Part shown: one piece after another, positions 40,341 through 57,181 of the stretch
How positions within the stretch are numbered: position 1 is the first letter of the stretch
Layout of the letters: every line of letters starts with the position of its first letter
NCBI RefSeq assembly: GCF_009914755.1
Contig: NC_060946.1
Strand: one strand, 5' to 3'
From: the human T2T-CHM13v2.0 reference genome, Homo sapiens
DNA length: 64,000 nucleotides
Notes under the pieces: generated by a model
Told to the model about the DNA's origin: nothing
Seen by the model: only the letters and a program-made list of their open reading frames with translations
Databases searched by the model: none
Translations under genes and position numbers: made by a program

Positions 40341-41934
40341 CTCTGGCAATACACACTAGAATATTTCAGTAAGATAGCTTTTAGTTCATTTGATTAAACT
40401 GGCAAAATAATTATTATGAGGAAGATGCTGAGATCTGGTGGCAGTGGTTGAGAGGTGAGAGGATAACAGAATAATGTTGGCTTGAGATGGCCTGTGACCC
40501 CAAAAATGTCGAGTTCTGGGAGACATAGGTCCTCAGGAGATGTCTGTGGTCCTGCAGTACCCAGGCTTCATGTTACCTTAGCCAGAGATCTCTTCTTGAC
40601 TTCAGCCTCCTCTGGAGCCAAACTTGGTGGCAAGGTCTGATTTGGACTCAAATGCTCTGACCTTCGTTTTTGCTCTCAGTCAGAGCCCCACTTTCCCTCT
40701 TGTGCAGCCCCAGCCGCATCCTAAGGGCACTTCCATTCTTGCAAGTTTCTCCACCTGGCCTGACCTGTATCTTTCTGTTAAGAACGGAACAAATCTATCA
40801 ACTCCCATTCATCAAGGGCAAACTATTTTACAATAAATAGAAGCTAGACTAACAGGCACAGGAAGGGGGTAAGAGTCAAAGGGGGAAAGGGATGCAACCT
40901 TTGAAAATACATACAACTGTCAAGTGGTGATTGAGGAGTCTTGTGTGGCCTTGAGGAACAGAATAACCTCATGTGGAAAGGGATGCTTTGGACTAAAGTC
41001 AGTTTCCCTTCCCAGGGGCAGTGGAAGAAGACTGCTCAGAGAGGGACTGGATGGCCATTTTGGTGGAAGCTCAGTGGTTTAGACTTGAATCTTGGATTTA
41101 GACCGCATGACCTTCAGGTCCACATTAAAGCTGAAACTTTATGACTCTGAATTGGAATGGAAGACTGACTTGAACCCAAATGTATGCTCAGAAATTCTGC
41201 AAGCAGCTTCATTACTGAATTACTCCATTTCTAATCTCACACTCGTAATGCAAATGGGCTTACTAAAGCTGGTTATCAGGGAAATCTAATTTAATTTCAC
41301 TGTCTGATGAAGATGATGTCTAGATGGGTACTATATTCTTGACTGGCTTTATTGAACATACTTTAATGTTAAGTGTCTTCGAATATTACATTTTCAGGTA
41401 CTTGCATGGGCTGCTCTCAGCTAAGAGTTTCAGATCTGAATGTTAACTTTGGAGTCCACTTTTAGGTCACCAAGGGAGCTATGATATCTCAGTAAAGTCA
41501 CTTTAGCTTTCTCAGATGCAGTTTCCTCACTTGAAAAAAATTAGGCAAGTAAGGCTTGGCTGCCTCACAGGCTTACTTCAAAGTCATATATAACTGAAAA
41601 CTCCTAAACATAAACAAGGGAGAGATTATTGTTCAATTTTTGTGTCTAAGGAAGCCATGGTCCATAATCTTCACATCAGTGCAAAAACATCACTGCACTA
41701 TGGTGACAAGTCAATGCTTCTGTGGACAGAGACTTTTGTACAACAGAATTCTTGCCTTGAAGGAATAACAAAAATTTATCTAGGGACTTAAAAGGCTATT
41801 TAAAAATATTCTCCATGTAAAGATAAACTTTAAGAATAATATTTGCATAGCTATTAATTTAATTAGTACATGCCTACATCAAAGCCAATGTATCTAACTA
41901 GAACCTAAGTTATTTTCCTGCATCTCAGTGTTTC

Positions 41935-43044
<1,110 letters not shown>

Positions 43045-43743
43045 CCTCTTCCATCTCAATTTTAGAAGAACAAAATGGAAGTGAAGAGGAACACCTGTCC
43101 TGCTGGGCTCCACTCAGGTGTGTTCCACGACAGAGAATCCCAAGTTAAACCAGGTCCTAGGTTGTGCTTGCAGAATGAGGGCTGGAGAGAAGGGGAAGTC
43201 CTGGTGGGCTCTCAGGGTCAGAACAGGGAGGTCGTGTGCTGGGAGGTGAAGCTCGGCTTTTGCTTAGGGCACTGGGGAGCCAAGGAGGATGTCTCTCTGG
43301 GCACCAGCATGCCCAGTATGCTGGAGGCTTTCTAATTTGTATACATCCGATTTGCCTGAAGTGGCCTCCAAGCCTTGCTTCCAAAGCTCCCTGCATGCCT
43401 CTGTCTTATCACGTAAATACACATTGCAATTCTGTTTACTTGTCACCTCTTCCACTAGGCGGTGAGTTCCCAGGACAGGGTTCTAATGGGTCCACCTTCC
43501 TTCTTCTCCAACCAAGCAGTTGTTTGGCGTTACATGGCCATTTCCCAGACATTACATCATTTGCTTTTACACAATCATCTTACAGTTATAGGTGAGGAGA
43601 GTGAGGCTTTGTATGGGGGAATGATTTACCGAAGGTCAAATAGCTAATAAATGACAGAGGAAACTTTAGATTTCCTGATTTAAGTTCCATACGCTTTTGA
43701 TCGCCTCGTAGTTACCTATGTGGTAGAAATTATCACTCTGTAA

Positions 43744-43940
43744 CAGAGTTTCTTGACCTTGGCAACAGTGACACGTGGGGCCAGATAAATCTTTGTTGTA
43801 GGCGGCTTCCTGGGCTGTGCAAGATGTTGAGTAGCATTCCTGACCTCCAGCACCTGGTGACCTCTACCCTCTACCCCCAAGTTGTGACAACCCAAAGTGT
43901 CTCCAGACACTGCCAGTGTCCCTGAGCGTGAAAGTCACTG
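43744..43940 (+). mobile_element. MER20 hAT-Charlie DNA transposon
   Basis: GGGCCAGATAA..TTTGTTGT..CCCCAAGTTGTGACAACC..TGTCTCCAGACACTGCCA; 8-bp flanks CTCTGTAA/CTCTAGAA. Confidence 0.85.
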
Positions 43941-44141
43941 CTCTAGAATAACAATTTTGTAAACTGGTTATGGCTATAAAAAATATACTTATTAGAAGGT
44001 ATGCATTTTGAATGTTTGAATAGAATACAGGAAAAAGTATTTCTTTTTACCCTATTCTGCTCCAAAAGGCTATGACTCACACCTGTTGCTTGTTTGTATT
44101 CACAGAGATGTCCACTCACTATACTTCATTCTGTCTCTCTC

Positions 44142-44453
<312 letters not shown>

Positions 44454-44599
44454 ACACCTCTTTCTTATAAAACCTACACTCTTCTGCATCTTCTTCTTTT
44501 TTTAACAAATGATTTGTCTAGGAGATTTTTTCCCTGTCATTATATACATAAAGGAACAAAATTATAGCAAAAAAGTATTCATTAACTTCTGTGTTACGA

Positions 44600-46100
44600 A
44601 GAGTTTTACCTATCAAAAATGGAATTAACTATACTTAAATGACTTTTCAACATCTTTGGAATTAATCATATGATTTCTCGTTTTTCATCAATTAGTATGG
44701 TGAGTCATGTTATTTGATTCTCCAGTTATTAAAGCATCATTGAATTCCTGGAAAAAACTCTGCTTTGCCCTATTGTGGGGTTCTTTTATTTTGTTTTGGA
44801 GCCTGTTTTCTGATATTTACGGTGCTTCCAACATATTTACATGGCTATTGTATTCATAGGTGAGATTAGTATCTTTCTTGTGTTTTCTTTGTACTGTTTT
44901 GGTTTTATTATAATTCCACCTTTATAAAAGTGATCTGGAAGATTTCTTCCTTTTCTGTGTTTTCTGAAACCGTCAAAGCAATGTCATAAAAATGTGACGT
45001 TACAGAGTTTAGAGAATCCATCTTTGAAACTGTCTGGACCTGGTCCTTTTATGGGTTTGCTCTTCGACTTTATATGTTTAATTCTATATTTTTACTTACA
45101 TCATCAGCTTAAATATTATCTTTTGAGCCCAACAACAATAATATGGAAACACCAGAATATGCTTTTCCCACTTTCCACCCTAAACAACTCCTTTCAGTGG
45201 GCTTCTCTCTCTTACCCTATCTCTTTTATTGGTTATATTACTTCTATATTGACATGATTTATCGTGTTTGCCTCCTATTATAGAGCCATAATTCCCGCAC
45301 TTACTTTGGTCTTAAGACTGCAATGGAGCACATTCCATTTTTACGTCCATTCTTTTGTTGCGGTTTCTCTCCCTACCCACCAAAATTATATTCCTTGATC
45401 TTTGAATGTACAAAAATAGCTGTCTTCTGCTCTGATATCTGAATGTTTTCAGTTGAGAAAAAACATTTTTTGAAGATTTTTTAGGAACGGTTTTTTGAAT
45501 AATTTTTGGGAGAAGGCTGAGGCTAGCTAGAATGTTTATTTTCCTTTACGAGTGTCTTGGTATGTTTTCCTACATGCTCAAAGGATTCGTTTGTGATTAT
45601 TAAACTCCAGTAATTTTACTAGTCTAGTCTATATCTTGGTGTTGATTGTTATAGATGGTCCTTTTTCCTTGGAATACAGTGAGGCCTTTTGTCTTTAGAT
45701 TAGAGTTTTATTTTATTTCAGAAAAATTTTCTTGAATCAGGTCTGTGTACTATTTCTCTCCTTTCTTTAGGAACACAATTATGCTCTGGCCTGGTCCTTT
45801 TTTGTTTTTATTATCTATTATTTCCTCCCTAATCATCTTAAATTCTTGGCTTAGTGCAGTTTCACTTCATGTTGCTTTCTCGGCCATATCCACTGTGTGC
45901 CTCAAACCTATTCCCGGGAGTGTCTGTTTGTTTTTGTGCTGCGTCCAAATTGGCATTCATTTTGGTGATGGAAACATTTTCCCCCTCAACTACCTCTCTG
46001 AGTTCTACGAGCCACAGTTTCATTCACCTTTTCGTGCTCCTCCATGGGTTTCCTGAGCAACCTGAGCTCTGACTTAGCTCTTTATTCATCACGTTCTCTG
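44600..46100 (-). mobile_element. Old antisense L1M fragments
   Basis: T-rich; TGAAACTGTCTGGACCTGG and CATAGGTGAGATTAG are typical reversed ORF2 remnants. Confidence 0.55.
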
Positions 46101-46949
46101 AATTCATGGTCATTGGTCAGGTAATGATTCTCAGGCCCTCGGCAACACTTCTGTGACAGCATTTCATCTTCCATTTGCTTCCCTTATTCCCTCCTTTTTT
46201 CTTCTTCTTCTGCTCTGTCTACACCCTGCTCAATTCCCGTTGTGAAAAACGAATCATCTTTTTATGAGGTGAGTCCTGTTGAAGGGTGACCCACTGCTCC
46301 TGATCATCTCAGATTTTCCTGGTGTTAGCAGAGGAAATCCTGTAACTTGGGAAGCCTCTCATTTCTGGGCAAGCAGGAAGATTTGTCACCTGGGACTTTA
46401 CAAGCTGCTCTTGGCCAGAGATTCTTTAGGAGGATCCAGGTGTGAGGCTGTTTGATTACGTGTGACTTGGGTACAAGGGAGATGAAGACGGGGTGACTTA
46501 GGGACCTACACACAGGCGTCCGAGCCCCGTTTCTCATCTGTTTGTTTCTTCTCTTCCTTCTCATAACTTGATGAACTTTATCTCTTTTTTGGTAGGAAAA
46601 CAAGTTTTTATAGAATCAGTCTTCCTTCCTAAATTAACAGCATCCATATGTTTTAAATTTTTTTTGTACTTAAAATATGCTAGTTCTTACAACTCCAAAA
46701 GACATTTTTCTTAAGGTTTTGATATTTACTATGGTTTTAAATTTTAAAAAAAATTTAAGCTATAAAAACCCCTAATTCTCTCTTAGTGAATTGGCTGCCT
46801 CTGATTGAACACAGGGAAAGATCCATCTGAAGGGAAATGAAACAATTGGAAATCCTGGTTAATATCGTGGAATTCTATCCCTCTAAATTTCCTTCCTGTT
46901 CTAGTATTTTAAAACCAAAGTGGAGGTAACTTTACTCTTCTGCTTTTCC

Positions 46950-47274
<325 letters not shown>

Positions 47275-47641
47275 TCTTCTGCTTTTCTTATGGAAGGAGG
47301 GGTCAGAGAGGCAAAAGGCGGCTAAATGAGAGTACAACTGGAAACAACACTTTTGTTCCTGGAGTTGAGGTGGTGGGGATGATGGATGACAGCCATAGGA
47401 TGGTAGCAAAGTTAGGGCAGAGTCAGTGGCCTTTAGATGGTGGGAATGATGATGGTAAACCTGATGTTGAGGGTGCTGAGGGTGAGAAGAGTTGAATCGT
47501 AACATGCACCCCAGCTTTGTGCTTTATCCTCAATGAAAACTCTGCTTAAATGTGCAATGTGTTTCTGAGACTGTCAACAACTCCCTAATTGAAAGTCTCC
47601 ACTGGCAGCCTGAGAAAGTTCAACAACTCAAGAAAAGCCAT

Positions 47642-48027
47642 TGTTATGGCTTGAATATGGTTTGGCCCCACCAAAACTCATGTTTGGTGGCCCCAGTGTG
47701 GTGATGTTGGGAGATGGTGCCTTTAAGAGGAAATTAGGTCATTAAGAGGAATGAATGCTTTTCTCAAGGGAGTGAGTTCTTGCTCTTGCAGAACTGGATT
47801 AGTTACCATGATTAGTTACCATGTTATAAACCGAAGCTGCCTTTTGCATTTCTGTCATGCGATGCTGTCTGCCATGTCATGACACAGGACGAGGCACTTA
47901 CCAGATGCAGCTGCCTGATCTTGAACTTTCAGCCTTTAGAGCCATGAGCCCAATAAACCTCTTTTCTTTGTAGATTACCCAGTCTCAGGTGTTCTGTTGT
48001 AGCAACAGCAAATGGACCTTTAAGACA
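47642..48027 (+). mobile_element. MST-family MaLR solo LTR
   Basis: TGTTATGGCTTGAATATGG..CCAATAAACCTCTTTTCTTT..TAAGACA; TSD GCCAT/GCCAC; internal 13-bp duplication GATTAGTTACCAT. Confidence 0.85.
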
Positions 48028-49142
48028 GCCACCACTAATAAAACTCCAGTGACTGCCCAGGAGAGGATGAAGGGGAAAGCAGCCCTCTCCAAAGATTCCA
48101 AGCCATAAGCAGACCTCCCATTCATCACAGGACGTCAAGGGCTCTGTGATATCTTGGGCTGCCCTAATGTTGTTTCAATATAGAAAGGGATTAACCTGCA
48201 GCGGGAATCCTACTTTACACTGCTTGTGAACAGGCGGCCATAAACTATCCTTTATAAATTGGTATGCAAGGAATTAAATATGATTGCCTGTTGAGTTTGG
48301 GCCCATAGCTAATGAAACCATAAAATATGTCATTGATTAGAGGAATGTTTTCAAAAGGTTAATTAGTTTGTTTTTCTTTTGTAATCAACTATGGAGACCA
48401 TAAAGTTCAGGAGAAAACACCAATCATCCACATGATTTCCTAAGACTCTTGATCAGGAATACTCCCCCTCAGATATCCCAAAATATACACCCAGGTGTTC
48501 TCTCTGCCATCTCCAGGGTGGACCGCCATGATAGGTGATGAACTAGAGGCCTAATATTTATGCATCCTAGTATGTGTGAGGTTTTGTGAGGAATGATAAT
48601 AGAGGCCATGCAATGCATGGCTTCTTGCCCTCAGGGAATTCTTTAGAATGTTTAGGGTCAATAGTGCCACAATGTGAAAAATAAACAACACCTGTTCCAG
48701 GTGGTTGGAGGGAGGCTGAGAATAATTCAGCCAGTGGTGGTCTAGGAATTCACGATAACAAAACCCAAGGCCACTCCTGTACCATTGATCAAATAAATGT
48801 TAATTTCATGGCAGAAATATGTCAAAGCTTTTTGAAGTAACAGAGGTTTCTGTGCAACAACCTTTGAAACTTGTTGTTGTTAGTTCTGTGGTGAGTCTTA
48901 TTTTCCAGATGATGACACTTTAGCATAGAAAGGTTCATTACTTCACTGGAGTCATCCAGTTCTTAAATGGTACAACTGGCACCCAAATCTGGTCAGGCAT
49001 GCCCCAAGGCATGTACCCACGGTGTGCAAGATGCAGTGTTCCAAGCCATGCTTGAAGAGGGAACAGTGTCTAAATAAACTGTATCTGCAGAAAGCAGCCC
49101 TGGAGGAGCTGGTCTGGGAGGGTAGCTGATCTCCTTGGGACC

Positions 49143-49497
49143 TATATTAGTCTGTTCTCATGCTGCTAATAAAGACGTACCTGAAACTGGGTAATTTATA
49201 AAGAAAAGAGGTTTAAGGGACTCACAGTTCCACATGGCTAGGGAGGCCTCACAACCATGGTGGAAGGCAGAGGAGGAGCAAAGGCATGTCTTACATGGTG
49301 GCAGGCAAGGAATGTGTGCGGGGGAACTCCCACTTATAAAACCATCAGATCTCCTGAGACTTATTCACTACCATGAGAACAGTGTGGGGGAAACCAGCCC
49401 CATGATTCAATTATCTCCACCTGGGACCACCCTTGACTCATAGGGATTATTACAATTCAAGGTGAGATTTGGGTGGGGACACAGCCAAACCATATCA
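49143..49497 (-). mobile_element. THE1-family solo LTR
   Basis: TATTAGTCTGTTCTCATGCTGCTAATAAAGAC..CAGCCAAACCATATCA. Confidence 0.92.
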
Positions 49498-49815
49498 GGA
49501 TGTGCCCCAGTCCTGTGTGCTCTGAGGTCCTCAGGTGTGGGTGGGCAGTAGGTTCGTTATGCTGGCAATGCAGGTTAGGGACAACTAATGATATGATGTG
49601 GACTCTCGTAGGTCAGATCCTTCTTCCCAGAGACAGCAGAAGCCATTGAAGTTTTTATGTTGCCTTTCTTGGTCCCAAGGGTGAAGGAACATAGGAGGGC
49701 CCAGACAGTGGCAAAACAAGCAGTGTCTCTGAGGAGAGAAGGTCAGGAATATCAAGGCATGAGCTGATCAAACCCTGGGCTCGGACTTCAAATCCTTTGT
49801 GGAACAGAGTGTTCA

Positions 49816-50125
<310 letters not shown>

Positions 50126-50487
50126 AAGACAAAAACAAATACAAACAAATGTGGCAGCAGTCATAGGAAAGAGAAACACAGAGATAAGGATAAAAGAAAA
50201 GCCAGCAACATGGCTGATGGCTGGTTAGACATGGAGAATGTAGGAGTAGTGGGCTTTGACCTTGGTGGCCTGAAAGAGTGCAGGTTACAACAAACTCCTG
50301 TTCTCAGTGAGGGTGTCATTTGTCTACGGCAGACTTTATAGGAAGGAAACAGAATGCTGGAAGGCAGAAAAACTCAAGGTAAAAATCACAATGATTCTGA
50401 TGATTCTGATTCTGATGATAGTGGTGGTGATGGTTGTGTTGATGGTGTTGGATAATGGTGGTGTACGCTAAATAAATTTCAAAGCAT

Positions 50488-50848
<361 letters not shown>

Positions 50849-51396
50849 TCAATCACAATGGCGAGTACAAATGGACCAGAGACGTCCAACTGCACCAGGA
50901 GTTGGACATTGGCCCTGTCTCCTGCCGCACCCTTTGTATATATGAAGGGAATACATGAAGAGCTGCAGGCATCATTGATTAGGGTTATGACAGGGGAAGG
51001 GAGCTTATGGTCCTTGGGTCATTAGAGTAGCAGCCTAGGCATCTCCGCACCCAAGAACAACACTCTGGCCTATTTCCACAGGTTCTGAAAGTACAATATG
51101 CCTCTTATAGCAATAGTCCAAATATTATGTTCTGAGACCCCTTCCACTGTCCAGCAAGGCACCAGGACTTTTCCAAGGATACACAGCCGGCACGTGCAAG
51201 GACTCCACAGATGCTACTGTCTAAATACATAATGGCCTCTGGATCCCACTGGCTTCTGGGTGTTGGAGACTCACAGGTTAGTGCTGGGGGTGGGTTATCC
51301 ACAGAGACCCCAAGGGACAGCCCACGGCACCCGCCACCTGCTTAAATCCTTTGCTCTGTGTCATCCTCAGACCACCCAGTCTCAGCTATGACCTGA

Positions 51397-51741
<345 letters not shown>

Positions 51742-53314
51742 CACACCCTACATATCTTACAATTACCTGGGGTTTAAAGTATTGGGGGGTCTCATGATGC
51801 CGACACAGCAGCTTCATCCCTGTCTGCAGATCTCACCTCTGTCCACCACTAGAGTTAGGGGCTCTGGCAGGTGGTGTTGGGTGCCCCGCGTGAAGCAGTT
51901 CCTGCTGCCTGGCCAGTTGAGTCCAAGTCTGTAATGGAGCCTGATGGAGAAGATGCTTTCTCATTGTGGAGGATCTGTTTCGTCTTCTGGCCCCTCTTTG
52001 TTCCTGTCCTTGGAGTTGCATGGGGTCATTTACACACGGAGGCCACTTCTAGGCATGGACAGCAGAAGCGGCTTCATGGCTACACTGCTGCTTGCCAGAC
52101 AGGCCTGTGCCCGGCATGGCTAGCATGTCCCCACCGTGGTTGGCACACCAGGCCCTGGGAATGACACCGAGGATGCCTGGGCTCCCAGCCACTGGGTGAC
52201 ATCCCACAGTGTCACAGTGGTGTGCCTCTGGGGACCTGGTGTGCCTTCCAAGCCAGCCATAACAGTCGTGCTGGCTGAGGGCTTGCTTTCTCTGCACACA
52301 GCTCAGGAGCATTCAGGCTTGAGAGCGTCTGACCAGGCAGGAAGGTTTGCACTTACGTGTCATCACAGAGCTGAAGTTGAGGCAGTGACGGGCTCCAAGG
52401 GTGTGCCCGGTGCACCAGCCCCTCCATGATGGTGTGGGCCTGCACGGTGCAGGGTCATTCTAAGTAGCCACGGTCAGAAGGTATCAACTGGCTGCAGCCG
52501 TGGTGACCGTCTTAGATTGTTTGTAACACATATGATCATATGATTAGTAATTTCAAGCCCCCCTCAAATTCTAAAAGGGATGACCTCTTCAAGAAACCAC
52601 GCTAGGGTGTGATCCTCTAGCCAATACACGGAGGGCCATGTCCCCCTTTGTTGGACGTTCAATTTTTCACGGATGATTGCTGCCTTCTGGCTTGGGGCTG
52701 GATGCCCTTGGATGTACCCACCTTATTTAGACATCACTGGCATCCCCATCGTTAGTTTGGCCGAAGATTCTTAATTTATAACCCATCTTAAATGTCGTTA
52801 TTGTTTTGGGGGGAATGGAGAGGAGTGTTGGGGGTTGTATCTGTCAGGGTCCAGTAAGAAAAAACAGAAACAACTTGAAGTTTTTTGAGAAGAGTGCTTA
52901 ATTCTGGAAATCAGCTGTTTTTCAAACCATCTCCAGGACTGGGTGCTAAAGTCCAGGAGGAGGAACTGCGGACTTCTGGCAGTTCACGGAGTGCAGGCAT
53001 TGCAGTGAAGCTGGCACCTGTGACTGTGGCTCCCCTTAGCACCTAGCAGGGGATTCACAGAAGCTTGTCCTGAATCTGTGCAGATTCCAGGCTTCTCCTC
53101 TAGCCACATGTCTGCCTCCACCAGAGGAAAATCATGGTGTTCCTTTCTGCTTTCAGAATCTCACATGAGCATCGACTTGGCCGAATTCCAAAAGCCTGCT
53201 AGCAAGAGGGTCTGGGCAGTGTGGTTTTCAGCTTCCAGCCTCTGCCTTGGATGTGAGCAGAGCTTGGAAGGGTGGGGAGGGGTTGAGCATCTGCAAAAAG
53301 TATCTGGTATCCAC

Positions 53315-53680
53315 AGAAAAGAATGAGACCATGTCCTTTGCAGGGACATGAATGAAGCTGGAAGCCATCATTCTCAGCAAACTAACACAGGAACAGAAAA
53401 CCAAACACCGCATGTTCTCGTTCACACGTGGGAGTTGAACAATGAAAACACATGGACACAGGGAGGGGAGCAACACGCACCAGGGCCTGTTGGGGGTTGC
53501 AGGGCAAGGGGAGGGAGAGCATTAGGACAAATACCTAATGCATGCAGGGCTTAAAACCTCGATGACGGGTTGGTAGGTGCAGCAAACCACCGTGGCACAT
53601 GTGTACCTATGTAACAAGCCTGAACCTTCTGCACATGTATCCCGGAACTTGAAGTAAAATAAATTAAATTTAAAAAAACA
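53315..53680 (+). mobile_element. L1PA-family 3' end (5'-truncated)
   Basis: ATGTCCTTTGCAGGGACATG..AGCAAACTAACACAGGAACAGAAAACCAAACACCGCATGTTCTC..GAACTTGAAGTAAAATAAA plus A-rich tail. Confidence 0.93.
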
Positions 53681-53854
53681 AAAAGGATCCAGCACCATGG
53701 GGAACTCTTGACTTCTGCATGATTGAGGAAGACCTTGGTACCAGGTGGTTGTCACCAGGTTTTCTAAGATGTTCCAAGGATTGAATCTGGAGTTTGTTCT
53801 GTGAATGCTCAGAAGGTGAAGGTACAAATGCATGAGGCTCCTCAGTGGATCTTC

Positions 53855-54212
53855 ATCTTAGTCTGTTTGGGCTGCCGCAACAAAGTACCCTAGAAATGCA
53901 TTTCCCCCAGTTCTGGAGACAAGAAGTCCGAGGTCAAGGCAACCACAAGTGCAGTGTCTGGTGAGGCCTCCTGGTTCAGACAGGGCCTTCCCACTGTGCC
54001 TTCATGTGGTGGGAGGGGGAAGGGTCTCTCTCTCTCTCTCAGGCCTCTTTTATGAAGGCATTGATATCATTTATGAGGGCTCCACTCTCACACCCTCATA
54101 ATCTCCCAAAGGTCACTTCCTAATACCATCACACTGGGGATTGGGATTTTAACATACGAATTTGGCGGGGCTGGCCAGGGGTGGGGCGGACCTAAAGGTT
54201 TATGCCATAGCA
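53855..54212 (-). mobile_element. MLT1A-type LTR, reverse
   Basis: TCTTAGTCTGTTTGGGCTG..CAGTTCTGGAG..CCTAATACCATCACACTGGGGATT..CCATAGCA. Confidence 0.8.
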
Positions 54213-55094
54213 GTGTCATGACACCCTTTCCCACTTGAGAAAAATCAAGCCTGACGTCGAAGACTGTAACTAATGATGATGTATGGGGCCACCGTCACTG
54301 TCGTCGTGATCATCTTCACCTCTGTTCATCTGGTAGCTGTGGAAGATGCAGTAATGGATGCACAGACCTTTTTGCCAGGCCGTCCACTCACCCGCCACGC
54401 TACTGGGATTAGGAAGTTTGCAAACAGCCTATGTGTGTTCCCCTTTGCTGACAAATCGCCCTCAGTTTGCAGAAGCTGCCTCCCAGGATGCACACTTTGA
54501 GGACAGGGTTCTGGAGTTGGTCTCCCTCTCTGGCTGTCTGGCCACGCAGGTCCCACTGCTGGGGGAGGTGGGGAATCCTTCATCCCTAGTGCTTGGGAGC
54601 TATCAGTTGTGACAACTTCCACCTGTGCGAACAGAGGTTGGAAGCAGGTTTATACTGGCTCGTGTCATACCTCTGCCATTTTCCCAGAATAGAGAAATAG
54701 AAAGTGAAAGAACTGTGTTCAGAAGAGAGAAAATGACAGACTTAAGTTGATCAATGACCAATTAAGGCAACACGGGAGTCAGGGGCCCTCTCTAAAGAAC
54801 CCCTCGCTTCTGCGGTAGAAGCAGCTGGAGATCAGGCCCTCGACGTGGTTGTGGAAAGGGAGGACCTGAGAGAAGACAAGAGTATCAAACCTCAAGAGTC
54901 TCCTACCCCTGGGGTCGGGGCCCTGATAGGGAAGGCATGGGATGCCAGGAGCCTGGAGGGGATGTCCGGGCAGATGCTGCAAAGCGTCTTGCTCCCCTGA
55001 ACGCTGGGTTGCAGAAGTGCTTCACTCCCCTTCCCGGAAGACAGAGGAGGGCCCCATTGGTTGGATATCGTGCAGAAGCCTCATGCGTGGGCTT

Positions 55095-55176
55095 ACCACA
55101 TGAAATAAAGGGTGCCCAGTTAAATCTGGATTTCAGATAAGCATCGCACACTCATTTAGGATGAAGTATGTTCCAT
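55095..55176. mobile_element. MER53 half-element
   Basis: GTGCCCAGTTAAATCTGGATTTCAGATAA..AAGTATGTTCCAT. Confidence 0.6.
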
Positions 55177-56561
55177 CGTCAAACGGTAATAGGGCTGGCT
55201 GGTAATAACAGCTCCGTTCCAGCAGGATTGTTTCTCTGCCCTTTGGTTCTTCCTTCACAGGCTGCTCTCATGGTTGTTCTAGAAGCTTCGTTTAAGCTAA
55301 GTGATCCTTATTAAGAAAATAAAAATGTAATAGTTCATTGTGCCAAGTAGCACGCATTCAATTACTCTTGAAGCTACTGTTTTACACGTTTTCTTTGGTA
55401 TTTTTTCCTTTTCCTTTGATGAATAACCAGCTAATCCTCCTTGCCCATTTTTCAATTTGGGCTATTATTTTATTTTCTTGTAGTTTTTTTAAAGAGAAGT
55501 TGATGTATGAAAGACATTGTCACATATTGTGATGAAATTTTTTGTTTTTGTTTTTTCTCTGAATTCTGTTAGTGTTAATTTTCTAGCAAAATTTACTTAT
55601 TTATTTTTTTACCTTTATGCAGTTTAAGATATAACCTTTTCCTACAAATATATTTGCTGTTCTTTCTATTTTGCTCTTAAAGACTTTGCTTCCTTTGAGA
55701 TGAGGTTGATAGTGTCCTATGCTTTGTTCTATTTTAAGTTTCATGATTTTATTTTATTTTATTTTTGCTATCAGAATTTTAACCTTCTAGTAATTTTGGT
55801 GTGCGCTATGAGTAAGGCTTGGCTTTTGTTTCTATCGAAATGTTTAAGCATCAAATTTTCCTTGCTGTTTATCAAATAAACCATCTCCCTCCCTTGAAAT
55901 TCTACATTTACTTAGATCTGGTTCTGGGAGATTTATTCCTATCTGTATGCATCCTTGTCCCACCCACCACTACATTGCCACAATTGTTTTGAATAATAAT
56001 ACAACCTCTTATTTGACATGGAAATCTCTTTTCCATTATTCTCTATCCCCACCCCTACTTTTTTTTTTTTTCAGTGTCTATTGGCTGTTCTTGGCAATTT
56101 ATTTTTCCAGGTAAATTTGAGTATCCTTTTGTCAGGTTGTAGAAATAGTCTGATAAGGTTTTGATTGAGATTGTATGAAGTTGGGAAGAGTGTGTCTGGG
56201 TTGGGCCTGCAAGCTTTGCCGCGTCTGTGGAGCATCACCAGCCTTCTGTGCTTGGTGTGGCTGCTGGAGGCAGCTGGGGCAGTGCATGCCCCCTCTTCTC
56301 CCTTCTGAGACTAGCTAGGGTTCCCCTCACAGCAGGCCCCTCCATGTCAGTGTGAGTAGGTGCAAGAGTGGCCTGGAGAGCCCTGGACCCCCAAGCCTCC
56401 AGACCTTCTGTGGCTCCATTCTCAGGGCAGAAGCTACCCTGTGGGCCCCTCCTGCCATGGCCTGCTCGTGTCTCCTGGATTTAGGGCATGAGCAAGCAGG
56501 TGACCTGGGGCTCATCTTCTTCTTTCACAAACATGGTAGGTGTTCTACGTGCTTTATGTGT

Positions 56562-57181
<620 letters not shown>

